Assembly (NCBI GenBank): GCA_001244265.2
Contig: CDLV01000004.1
Span: 3,658,001-3,722,000 of the forward strand
Reading direction: 5' to 3'
Source of the DNA: Microbotryum violaceum
Lineage: Eukaryota
DNA: 64,000 nucleotides
Part shown: piece by piece, positions 13,091 to 28,600 of the stretch
Position numbering within the stretch: the stretch's first letter is position 1
Layout: every line of letters starts with the position of its first letter
Translations under genes and position numbers: made by a program
The notes under the pieces: model-generated
Databases searched by the model: none
The model's input: the letters and a program-made list of their open reading frames with translations, nothing else
Told to the model about the DNA's origin: nothing

Positions 13091-13470
13091 GGCTCATCAT
13101 GAGGGGAGGTGCGATGTTGAGTGGAGAGTGAGGGTGCGTGAGGCGCGGCCGGGCTTGAGTGACCTGGATCTATGCAGTCTTCGACGCGGACCGGGCTACG
13201 ACTGGTCCGTGCGCCGACCTGCGTCTCGTTCGGAATCAGTTGATTCAAGCTGCTGTAGCGAGATGATCAAGCGTTCCTAGACTTCAAGCTTCGGTGAAGC
13301 CTCATCAATAATGATGAAGTAAAAACTTATCCCTCCAGTTTTCAGATAGCACCAATATATGCCATGCTACAGCAAGGGGGCACTTTTCAGGGCCAAAATC
13401 TCGGAGGGCAACTGGGCCAAGCGCGCCGATAACTCACAAGCCCCTCCCAAAGGGAGGGGCGTCGAGCTTA

Positions 13471-13504
13471 ACCAGAACCCAGAACCAGAACCAGAACCAG
13501 AACC
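13471..13504 (+). repeat. (CCAGAA)n microsatellite
   Basis: About five to six imperfect hexamer units next to the Academ right TIR. Confidence 0.8.
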
Positions 13505-14243
13505 GAGATCTCGAACAAGAACCAAGACAGGAATTCTTCGAACTCAAACACGAACCAGAACCCCGCGACCCGGCCCCACAGCCTTTTTTTTGTTTTTTGT
13601 AGAGACTGTTCATCATGGCCACAATTCTTGTTCCCCCTGATTGGCCTACGGAAAAATTAGATGGAAGTCGACGATGATAACACAAACCGCCCGCAAGATG
13701 CGAGAAACGGGCCCGTGTCCACCAATCCGATACTTGGGATTCAAGTGCCCGAGCCAAGCGGTTGCTCCCCCCCAGGAGACGAATGAGAGAGAGAAGAAGA
13801 GAGAGAGAGAAAGAGAAAGAGTAATAAAATAATTGACTAACGACAAGAGAGCCACCCCGCCGTCACTTCCCAACTCGGTCGAGACAAAGACAAGAGAGCG
13901 ACTGCGCAGCTACCCTGACCCGCGAAGTCCCAAGTCTATGCTCGGTCACAACAAGACGCGGTGGAGGCCCCTCAAAACCTCCACCTCAGCAGTCCCTGGC
14001 CCCTCAAAGCCGACTTTCTGCCTGTGTCCGCTGATCCCTCCCTTGACTCAGAACCCCGAAGCCAAAGAGCGCGAGCCACCGTCGAGCCAATCCCAAATCG
14101 CGAGCCGGTCCATGAGCAACAAAAGCAGACCTGTAATAGATGAAAGATGAAAGCAAGATATTTGGTATACAGTGTTTTGTTTGAAGATGAAGTGTGATGG
14201 TGTGTTTGTGGGGGGTGGGATGGGGGGGAATTGAACCCAGCCT

Positions 14244-17200
14244 CTACTGCCCTCGCCCGCCTCTTGCTCCTCCCGCCCTCAACTTCATCCTCTCCTCCAG
14301 TACCACCCTCCTCCTCTCCACGCTTTTCATCCTCGTCCCGTGCTTCTGTATCCTCCATCTCCCACTGCTGATCATCTCCAAAACCATCCCTGTGAAGATC
14401 TCGATCGTCCTGCCCGCCCCTTCCTGTTCGCTGAGCTTGGCCTTGAGCTTGGGGAGGCCAAAGAGCCGTTGCAGTGTCGTGTACTGGTCGTCCTCGATCG
14501 TGTCGCACCCGAGTGCGTCGCAGAGCACGCCCCTTGCCGCAATCCAGACGTTCCGCGAGTCAACGCAGCCGAAAAAATAGTGGTCGGTGTCGTCCACCGG
14601 CGCTTCGCAGACGAGGCACGCGGCAGAAGTGTTGTGATTTTGTTGGTGTTGCAGCTTGCGCGTCGGGGTGAAGGGAGAATCAGCTTGAACCAAACTTCCC
14701 TCTCCCTCGCCGTCAGTGCCTTCGAGTTGACCGCCTTCCAGAAGCTCCTGAGGTCGTCCGGCTGCGGTGGTCCCTTGAGCCCGAGCGTGTTGGTAAAGGC
14801 CTTCGCGTTCAGGACCCGGCGGATGCGACGGATGGTGTACGGTCAAGCCATGTTCCGCAGCTTGTACTGTCTCGCCTGTTGTGGAAGCACCGGGTCCGGA
14901 AGGCGCTGCTCCATTGCGAAGCGGGCCACGGGCTTGGGGAGAATTGCCTCGAGCGATGCGCTGGTGCCAATCCGGGGAGGCACGTTGAGCCGTCCCGCCG
15001 CCACCGCCACCGCCAAGGGCGTGTTCTTGTGTCGATCGACAGTGAACGGGTACCAGGCCGCGATTGCCAGTCGCTGCAGGAGCCTGCGTCGATCATACTT
15101 GCTGTTGTCGCCGAGCACATCCGCAGGCGGCGTCCAAAGGTGAAACCCCCCACCCGCATACAACTCGCGCCGGTAGAGATCCGCCAGCTTCGGGTAGCCC
15201 TGGAGACGAAGGTAGTCAGGTATATGAACCGCGTCGATGGTCTGTCTACCTATGATGGGGGTGTGGAGGCTGCCGAGCAAGGTGGGAAGCGCGAGCAGGT
15301 TTGCGGTGGTCAAGGTCCTTGGGTTGACCTGCGCGTCGTGATGTTTCGGAACGTCCAGTGCTGCTCGCCATCGGGGATGGAGGTCGTTGGGGATGGGAGT
15401 GGATGGATGTGGCCAGAGATCGGTGGCCAGGTCGAGGTCGGGCTGAGCTCGCTGGAGTGCCGCGCGCGCAAGTCCTTGCCAGATCGCGCCCGAACCGCCG
15501 AGAAGAACGTCCCAGATCCGTGCCGCAACCGCGTCCACGACGTCCTGCATCCTGATCACCCCGAGTCCCACCTTGAGCTTGGCTGTGAACACAATATCTC
15601 TGCCGTAGCTGGTCCTGCCCTTGCCCCCACAAACGAAATCGACGAGCATGTCATTGAGCTTCTTGACAACTTCGGGCGGTGGGATGTTGGCTGCAAGGAA
15701 GTGTAGGATCTTGGGGATGGTGTACCAATTGACGTAAAAGGCACGGGTGTGGTGTGTGAGCCAGCGATGCTGAACCCCTTCCAGCGTCGCCTCAAGGCGT
15801 TCGATGAGATTCGCGTAGGCGAGTTCGGTGTCGCCGCTCGGGTCGAAGGGGAGGCCAATCCACTCGAGCGACTCGCCTGCGGCCTTGACGACGAGCGGGC
15901 GTTGCCCCGGGTCCCAGCGGCGTCCGATCGGTAGGACGACCGTCTTGTCCGTGTTAAGCGGGCCATTTGTTGCATGCCTCCAGTCGAGCGCCAGGTCATT
16001 GAGCAAGTTGAGTGACTCCAAGCCCGCGACGGCGACCACAACGTCATCGGCGAAAGCAAGTGATGTAATGGCGCGGCTCTGTGGGTACGGATGAAGTGCA
16101 GGTATGGACAGATTCAGCGCGATGTTTCAACGGTGTAGAGCATCCAGAAACGGCTGAAACACGATGTCCCAGACCGACGACGACGCCGGGTCCCCTTGGC
16201 CGAGCCCACACGTCAGTCGCACCGGCGCCGTTAGGAACCCATTGATGATGTAGCGGGCCAAGGTCGAGTCACCCGAGTAGAGCATCTTCAGCACACAAAG
16301 AAAGGTGGCAGGAGCGCTCAGAGCGTTGAAGATGGCAAAGATCCAGTCATGTTCGACGAGGTCGTAGGCGGATGATTGGTCAAGAGACAAGAGCGCGGCC
16401 GTGGGGAACTCGGTCCTGTGCGCGCCAAGTTCCTCCATCAGGAGACGAAGGTGTAGTGCAGCGTCAGCCGGTCGGCGGTCCTTGACGAATCCGTGCTGCT
16501 GCGGCGGGAGGAGATCGGGTAGAATCTGGTTCAAACGGGCGACATAGACCTTGGTAAAAATCTTGTAATTGCACTCGCGCAGGGTGATCGGCCGGTACAA
16601 CGAAAGCTCGGCGCGATCGGCATTCTTCTTGTGTTGCTTGAAGATGAGGCACACGAGTCCTTGGCCCTGCTTGGGAGAGAGTGAGCCTCGCTCTATCATC
16701 GCGTTGTAGGCCTTGGTCAGCACCTTGGCCCACGCCTTGGGTGCGGTCTGGTAGAGTTCGTAGGGCGCGCCCGACGGTCCCGGCGATCGCCCCGGGTGCG
16801 TCGTCCCAATCACGGCCACGACCTTGTCCTCGTTGATTGGTTCCTGGAGTAAGTCGATCTGCGATTCCGAGAGTCGGCGCAGAAAGCGAGGATCCGAGCG
16901 CGGGTCGTCGCAAGTCCGCGCCGCCCTGATCAGCGCGAGGAATGCATCCCAAAGTCGGTCAACGCGGTCCGGGTCACGAGGCTCGATGTGGTAGAGGCGC
17001 CGGATGCGTGTGGTCAAGAGCGACATCAATGTCATGCGTTAGCTCTCCGTTGCTCAAGCGCAGTGCTGTAATCTTGGAGTCTGAGTTCCGCGCCGCGAGC
17101 TTGGCGTGGACCGGCCGCAACAGTCGTTCCTCGGAGGCGATCTCGGGTACGTGGGCTCGGATCCGGAGTAGGCGCGCGCGCTCCTCCACCGCCCGCTTGA

Positions 17201-18250
17201 GTTCCTCGGACGTCCTTGTCCATTCTGCCGTTTCCGCCTCCCCCATTCCGGTATCGCCTCCAGATCCTGCACCCTCCCCACCAAATACTCCATCCGTTCC
17301 GTCCGCTCCCGATGCAGCCTCCTCGCCATCTCCCCACCCCTATCCCTGCACGCCTTCAGAATGACCTCGAGCTCCCCCACCGGTTCCTCCCGCTTGCCCT
17401 TTCCAACCATCCTTCCATCATCCGCTGGAACTCCACCGTCTTAAAGGTTGTGGTGTTGATTCGATGTAGTTGGTTTGATGTGGTAGGTAGGCTGAGCTGT
17501 GGGAGGGTCGCATCAGGATCGTCTGAGAGAGCCAGCACAATCAAGACCGGTCGGTGATCGGAAAGCTCCTTGGGATAGTCGTAGATCGTCGAGGCCTGAT
17601 CGAGTCTTTTTTGGTGTGTCCGTTGCAGGAGAAAGTAGTCAAGCCGGGAGAAGGAGTTGGGTCGCTTGCGATTGGGATTAGGTCGAGTGAAGGATGGGGT
17701 GATGGGGTGTTTGTAGCGGATGCAGTCCGTGTAGGCCGAGTCGAGCTTGCCGATCAGGATTGGCCAGTGGTGGCCGCGCCGACTTTGGTTCCGCCGATCG
17801 ACTTCTGGGCGCGGGCAGTCGTTGAGATCACCGCCGAGGAGTCGGAGGTGGGATTTCTGTGTTTTGTGAAATAAGAGTTTGTCAAAGAATTTCGCTCGTT
17901 GCTTTGGGTCAACGGCGCGTAAACGTTGTTGATTTCTAGAATTTTGATGTCGCCCCGCAGACGAAAGGACATGACGAGGAGCCGGCCGTCGAGTGCCGAG
18001 TGGGTGCGCAAGAGCTCGGCGTCGATCAGGGGGAGTCAGCCGGAATTAGAGTCAGACAATGTTGGTTGATGAAGAGCTTGCCCTCGTACTCATCTTTGAT
18101 GAGTTGCCAGAGGTGCGGTCTGATGAAGTGCTCTTGTATGAGAATGGCTGATGCTTTGAAAAGGGATAGGTAGTTGTAAGTGTCACATCGTTTCTTCGGG
18201 ACCCCCATGCCCCTCCTCACGTTCCCGGTGATGATGGTGTGCTTAATCAT
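14244..18250 (-). pseudogene. LINE A ORF2: APE endonuclease, reverse transcriptase and C-terminal zf-RVT; several stops and frameshifts
   Basis: TGNVR..LIQEH and NVYAP (APE); [38 protein letters not shown] and FADD (RT); CLVCEAPVDDTDHYFFGC. Confidence 0.93.
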
Positions 18251-20456
18251 TAATGGGTAGTTGAGGTCAAAGCGCTCTTGGCGGTGGTGACGTCCTCAAA
18301 GAGGGGGAGGGCGGGCAGGACATTGTCCTTGGGCTCGTGGTCGGACCATCTTTTCTCCTCGGCTACCCCCTTTGCTTTCCCTCGGTCCACTTTTGTCACG
18401 CCAACCGGCATCGCCGCCGCCGCTGACATCGACCTCGTCACCCTCCGCCCCTCTGTTCCATCCTTGACAACGACGCAGCTCTTCCCTTTGATGATCACTC
18501 GCTTGGCGTCGGTCGGTTCGTCACTCGGGTCACTGAGGTCCGCCGCAGTCTGCGACCTCTTCATTACCGGCTTCTTGAACTTCGCAGCGGTCCCCCTGAT
18601 ATTAATGGAACGTATCTCACCGTCCTCATCCCACGTGGCAAAGTTGTGACGCACCAAAGGGGTTTCAGCGTCAAGCCTCCTCTCGATGCTTTGGTCCCGC
18701 TCGAGTCGTGCCTGCTCAACCCAGTTAGCTCTGATCCTGTCCCACTCCTCCCCTCGCGAAGCGACTTGGCAAGAGTTTCGGGTGACAAAGTTGGGGTTGG
18801 TTCGTGGGGTGTCAATTTGCGGGAAGCGGTGGCGGCGGTTGCTGTTGCGTCGCTGTCGTCGTCATTGTCCAGCCTGTTCGTCTCCCCTAAGTCCGTCGGT
18901 TCCGCGTTCTCCGCTTTCGTCGCTCCCCCTGCCTCGTCCACATCGTCCACCTCCGTCGCCACCTCCTCTTCCTCCATCTCCGTCGCCACCTTGCCTTCTG
19001 TTTCGCCCCTTCCATCCGCCATCACCTCATCCTCATCAATCACCTCTCTATCGGATCCTCTGCGGTCCTCTAAAACCGACTCGTCCTCGCTCTCAAGTTT
19101 GATGACCTCCGTTTTCGCGGTCGCCTCTGCTTCCATCTCCGAGTCCTCCGAGTCCTCGTCATCCGCCTTATCACCAGCGTCCTCCTCCCCCGATTCCTCC
19201 GGCCCCTGTCCGCTCTGGCCAGTTATCGCTTCCTCCTGTCCCTCTTCAACCTCGAGCCCGGCGAAGCGATTCTGTGATGCGATCCTGTTAACAACCGGCA
19301 CAGGAATGGGGACCTCGGCATCCACAATGTTGGTGTCGTTGGTGATGGTGCTCTTGTTGGCGTTGGCGTTGGCGTTGTGAGCCTCCTTTCGCTTCCTCTC
19401 CGGACCCAGTCCGCAGGTTCCCACGTGACCCACGAAGTGGCACCTACCGCAAGCCGCCTCCTTCTCATAGTCATGGCAAAGGGCGGTGACCGGGATGCCT
19501 TGAGTGGGAAGGCCGATTCTCGAAGGTAGGATCTCTTTCAAGTTCGTGTTAGGGCGTTTGAACAGGGAGTCGTCATCGAACTGTAGGAAAGCTGAGTAGT
19601 CTCCGGCAACGTGGGCAAAGGCCAAGGCGTTGTCCACGCTGATAATGCGCAGAACCTGCACAAGTTGGCACAAATGTCCCTTGCCTGACAAGTCCTGCAC
19701 TAGTGATTGTAACGATTTGATGATGGCGTCCATGGAAAGCACTCCTTGAACACCAACGTTGATTCGAAGCTCAACCATGTTATGGTGGAACCTGTGAGAT
19801 TTTGCGAAGCGGGCCTTCGCCGATCGCCAAGTGAGAGCAGGGGGCGTCGTAAGCGCAGCGTCACGTGCCTCGCCGGTGACGAACCCAACCGTAACGCGAT
19901 GGTGAGCCGCCCCATTACGCAGGATTGATGAATGTTGTACGCCTAGGATCTGTGGTCGATAGGCCGCAAGGTGGTCCGGCAGAGGAACTCCAGGCTCAAA
20001 GCAGATAGGAGAGATCGGCGATAACAGCCTCGTGACGCAGGCCACGAGCTTGGTCTTGTTGGCATGGAGGGTCGCGAGGCGCTCTGGTGAGACAGAGTCA
20101 CTTCAAGGGCGTAATCAAAGATGTTCTCGACAGACCGGTTCGCGTTCAAGGCCGAGAATTTCAGCGATGTGGCGGTGGCGACGGGGTAGAGTTCGGCGAA
20201 GTAGATGGCCTGGACCCAACGATCCATGCGGTTTCCGGGTACAGCACCCATGGCTTGTAGGAGGCTGCCCAGAGCCTTGGCACGCTGTTGTTCAGGTGAC
20301 TGAGTCACCATATGACTTGCAGCGGCGGCATAGTTGCGTGAGGCGGTGGCGGGGCCCGTGGCTTGCGTCTTCTTCGAGCTTATCGGGATCTGGTCGTGGG
20401 GTGGCTGGACGCTGGTGGCGGTGCCGTCAGTGGGACCCAGGGTCTCCTGTAGACAT
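18250..20456 (-). pseudogene. LINE A ORF1 (gag-like), frameshifted
   Basis: Same protein as copy 1. Frameshifts near 20070 and 18750 and indels near the start. The TAA stop overlaps the ORF2 ATG. Confidence 0.85.
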
Positions 20457-20528
20457 CTTGTCGGTGTATCACTTGTTAACTCGAGTATCGAAGACTGCGG
20501 TAGGGTGATCTCAAAGTGAAGTGAAGTG

Positions 20529-21953
<1,425 letters not shown>

Positions 21954-21959
21954 TTGGGC

Positions 21960-22278
21960 CAGTGCCGCTCCCGCCATCACCCCCAGCTTTGCGAAACGGC
22001 CTCAAACACCATCCTTTAGCGCACTCGTCAGGCGCGCAGGTGTGCGCGGTCCCCGCCCCAAGGGTCTTCGGTTCGAGTCTCTCCTTCCTCGAGTTCTTTT
22101 TTCTCTTTCCTTTCCTTTTGGGTATGGTTGATTTTGTTCCAAGGTCAACAAGTCCTACACTACTGGCCTAGCCAGTGTGCTTAACTGCATTCCCTCCGTC
22201 TTTTCCGAGGATTTTTAGGCATTAATATAGATATGCTGTTAATGAAATCTATTAGTTAGATAAAAAAAAAAAAAAAAA
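21960..22278 (+). mobile_element. Poly(A)-tailed retroposed fragment (third non-LTR family or SINE)
   Basis: 22171-22255 is repeated at 43536-43620, and both copies are followed by A-rich tails. The left boundary is uncertain. Confidence 0.6.
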
Positions 22279-22996
22279 TCGGCCGGGGTGCTTACCAATC
22301 CGTTGCCTTACGCGCCTGCCAGGCTGGGGAAATTTAGATCTTTTCGTCCAGACCTGGCCGAAGCAACTACTGACGCGCGTGTCTCTTTTTCTTTTTGTCC
22401 AGGTAGCTCTCTTTTTGTCGTAGACTTTTCCGGTTGCCCCCGGGGCCCGTGCAGCCCCGTGCAGCCCCCGCTAGCCTCCCTACGGATCGGTAGGCTTACC
22501 CGAGTCGACTCCAGATTTATATTCGCCCGTCCTTTGTCAGACACCGTGCCACCCGTGCCACCACCTCATCGTCAGCGACACCTAGTTTTCATCTCGCCTG
22601 TCCCTCGCACTGCTTCATACCTCCTACTCCAGGCGTCCAGTTGCTGTTCAGTGATCATCACCAATCGCGTGCTCGATCCGCTCCGCTTACTGGTCCTCGT
22701 GAGTTGCAACCTGCAACGCAGGCCCTGCGCTGCCCGCAAGGCCGGCGATGCGCCTCGTCCAAACGTAAGTCTCCCGTCGCTTACTTTGTCGGCGCCGCCT
22801 TCATCTCGCTACAGATTAATAGGACGTCCATAATCTGCCTCGTAACCTCTTTGATTCCCTTGGCGCATCCGACCATTGCACCTGCCTTCGTCCTCGCGCT
22901 TCGAAGCCACCTCAATCTCGATCTCAAACAATCCTCGAGAGCACGCAAACCTAGGCTCTACCACTCCCGCGTTTCCTGGACGATTCGCGATATATC

Positions 22997-25168
<2,172 letters not shown>

Positions 25169-25675
25169 ACGGGTTACTGGGAGCGGCCCATATTGTGCGC
25201 CGACGTGTATGTGATATGAATGTGGGCATGTGTGCCTCTGTCCGTGATATCTGTGGTGACCACATGAAGCCCTCGCCGGCCCGGACCAACTTGACTAATC
25301 CGCAACGAATGTCAGCTATCAATTCATGCTTTCTTCTTTTGTTAGTTTCAGGCTGCCTTCTAGAACCCGCTCACAATCCTATCCTACTATCCTTTAAAAC
25401 TATCTTCTATACTACTGGATACGTCGAGACAAAGAATCTTCTGAACAAAAGACAAATCACGTGGCGTGACGTCATCAGCAGCTCTCGGTCCAGCGTGTCC
25501 CCCCGGGCCAGCTAGCTAGCGCGGTTTTAGCAGGGGTCGGCCAGTGACAGCCCGCTATGTTCGCCGAGGTTCCATTTTCCATCAAATCAATGACTCTGGC
25601 TCAGACGACCTGTCTTGCGTGTCTACCACATTGTAGCGTAGTTACTTCGAGCATCTACTTCCTGCCACTGTCGAA

Positions 25676-28600
25676 ATGTCATCTGTAAACTTTCACGTAC
25701 AGAAGACTCTCCACTACGAATCTTCATGGAGAGGACAGGGGCAGCCGAGACGTCGCCAATGTGAGCGAGGTCAGCGCGCCGTCCGCGAGGCTGAGAAGGA
25801 CCCCGAAAGCCCAGCCGGAGGCGCATTTTTTTTTGACATTTTGAGGACCCAAAATCCTGGAAATCGTCGAGGCGCATTGCAAAAAATCGACATTTTGGGA
25901 CGAAACACACGTTTCGCCCCCGAGGCGCATGTCCAGATTTTGACATTTTCCCGTGAGTCGGCCCAATTTTGGCCTACCCTGAGCAACCTTCGGCATGACT
26001 TTGGGCCCGTTCGCCTTCGTTTCGAGACGCGTTTAGCGATGCTCGCGCCTGAACAAGTCACTTAGTACTAGCCATCTTCGGTAATCACTTGAGTTAAGTG
26101 GCTGTGAGGGATTAGGCCGATTCGATATTGAAGGGGCGCAGGTTCCGTTCCGCTTCACTTCGGTCCGAGATTGGAGCATAGCACGACAACATCATCCCAT
26201 GCAGGCCTGCTATTTGAACGATGCCTTCGATTGATTATCGCCGCTCACCAACATGAACATGACGATCGCCGAGCTCCTCGCCTTCGATGTCGCTCCCGCC
26301 GACGCGTCTCTTCACATCGAATTGTCCAAAGACGAGCACACCCAGTACTCGACCTTATCATCTACTCGATGCTGTTGAGAAGGCAAACAGCTTCTCACGA
26401 TCAATCGTGCGTCTACCAAGCTCAACTATCGAAATTTTGGTCTAAGCTCACGCGTGTTCGGTTCTACACAGCCCACAAACTTGAAACTTCCGCCTCAAGT
26501 TGTCGATGCTCGCGATACCAATTTCTCGCTGGACTGGCCAACCTGAATGCCCATCAAGCTGCTCATAAGTGTAGCCACCTCAAGCTGTTCTACCCAAGGG
26601 AGGCCGATGGAATCGAGCGACCCAACTCGCGGAGAGGCAGGCGTAGGGGGGGTTAGCAATACAGAGGAAGGACGCAGTGCAGCACATTCATGCGTCTTGA
26701 AAGGGTTGGTACAGTCCATGGGACCATCTCGCTGCGAAGACATGGCGGGCACGACAACGAGCTTTCACTGGACTAGAGGTGACCAAATGGACCGAGCGCT
26801 CACAACACACGAGGATCCAGAAGAATGTCTATACTGAGGATGGCCGCATTCAAGTGAGTTGTCGCTGAATCTAGGAGCGAAGGCAACTGGATCTAATGTT
26901 TGGAGAAACAAGCAGACGGAGCACTAGCACAACGCTATCCTCATTTTGGATCGCTTGACGGCGGAGCTGTAACCACTACCACAACATCGGAGATCGGATC
27001 TCTGGTCTGCTTTGGCCTCAAGCGTGGCATGCATTCAATCAGCTGCGATCAAACTGCCTATGGAGAAGAAGTGCCGTTCATTGGAATTGGTACGATGCCT
27101 TGAATGGCAGTTGAGCTGTGAAGTTCTCGTTTGACACAAGTCTTGTGTCCTACAGTGCAATATATCTACAGCAAAGTGACAACAAACCACTGCAACCAAG
27201 ACACGCTCGCCTCGTTGGTTTTACTCTCAAATGTCGTCGTACAGGAGCTTCGCCTCATCAAGAAAACATGCTATTCCACACACCTCATTGATGGCACTAT
27301 GCCGTTCCGCATGATTGATGGTCGATAGGTCATCGAGTCATTAGGCCCGTCAACGACTACATATCGTTCAACCACGGACCTTACCTCATGTTGCCCGGAC
27401 GAGCGCCTAATCAGCACGAGCGCACATGCCGAGCAAAGGTTTGCCGCCTTCGGAGCGTGCCCGGCCTGCGAGATGCCGCCGGCAGAACCTCTACAAGCCG
27501 CACAAATGCCACCGCGGAAACAAGGATCTCAACTTCAGCAAAAAGGAAGTCTGACAACGAAGCAGCGAGCCAGCCAGCAAAGCAAGGAAGGCTTGTTTGA
27601 AGCCTACACCAGCCGAAGCGACGCGCGCCGCGAGCCACTTTCGATAGGCCGCCGCGCGCCCGCAAACGCCCGGAACGCGTTTTCGAGGACTTTTGAGCGA
27701 TTTTTGGAGCAGGTAGAACACATTTTGATAATATTTCCGAGGCGCATGCGAAATTTTGACATTTTGGGGCCAAAATAGGGTAAAAAACTTTGACAAAAAA
27801 GCCAAAAAAGGGCGTTTTTCCGCATGCGCCTCTGGCTGGGCTTTCGGGGGTCCTGGCTGAGAGGGCCGCCAACGAGGCTGCTTTGCGCTGTGTGCAAAGG
27901 GGGAGGAAATCATCAGCCCAGACCTCGCGCATGAGGACAGTACAAACTTGAATGTATGGATGCCCGCCGCGTTCGCGCTCCTCCGCCCAACCCTACTTCC
28001 GCTCTAACCACACAGACGCCGCCGCCAACAACCGCTGCATCTGCCGACATGTCATCTGCTAACTTTCATGTGCCGTTTCCTCAACAACAACCTTCACGTA
28101 GAGCACAGGGGCAGCAAAGACGTCGGCAATGTGAGCGAGCTGAGCGCGCCGCCCGCGAGGCTGCAGGCGCCCCTCCGCACAACCCGACTCCCGCTTTAAT
28201 CGCACAGACGCCGCCACCAATCGATCAACGCAACGTCGCGCAAAATGGATCGTCGAGTCGATCTGCACAGGCAGCCGGCACTCCCAATGTCGCCCGGCAA
28301 ATGCGACGGGCCCGCAGTCCTTCACCTCCTGGCTTGAGATTCGTTCGTCCACGCTTTGAAGCAATTCCAGACCTCTCTCGCGTCGCCGGTTCGAGTACAG
28401 ACGCGACTGCGACTTCAACCACTACTGTCGTCGAACAATGATCCGCGGCGCAGCGTCAACGACGCCAATACGAAAGAGGGCGATCGAGCCAGTCCGTCCC
28501 AACTGCGCTGCTGCCGTTGCTGGAAGGACCTTTTCCCCGGCACGACCTTGGATCAATGACGTTGCAGTGTCCGATCTGTTCGGCTCTACACTGGGAGTTC

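Larger units (their letters stand above)
10644..13470. mobile_element. AcademH-type DNA transposon, internally deleted
   Basis: ~80-bp imperfect TIRs (TAAGCTC..CCCTCCCT.TGGGAGGGGCTT..GAGTTATCGGCGCGCTTGGCCCAGTTGCCCTCCG) at 10644 and 13470. They enclose convergent Academ transposase and RecQ-like helicase fragments. Confidence 0.82.
13584..20528 (-). mobile_element. LINE family A, full-length copy (~6.9 kb), degenerate
   Basis: 5' UTR, ORF1, ORF2 (APE-RT-zinc finger), ~650-bp 3' UTR and an A-rich tail (T-run at 13584-13599). The 3' UTR recurs at 53887 and 62511. Confidence 0.93.
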
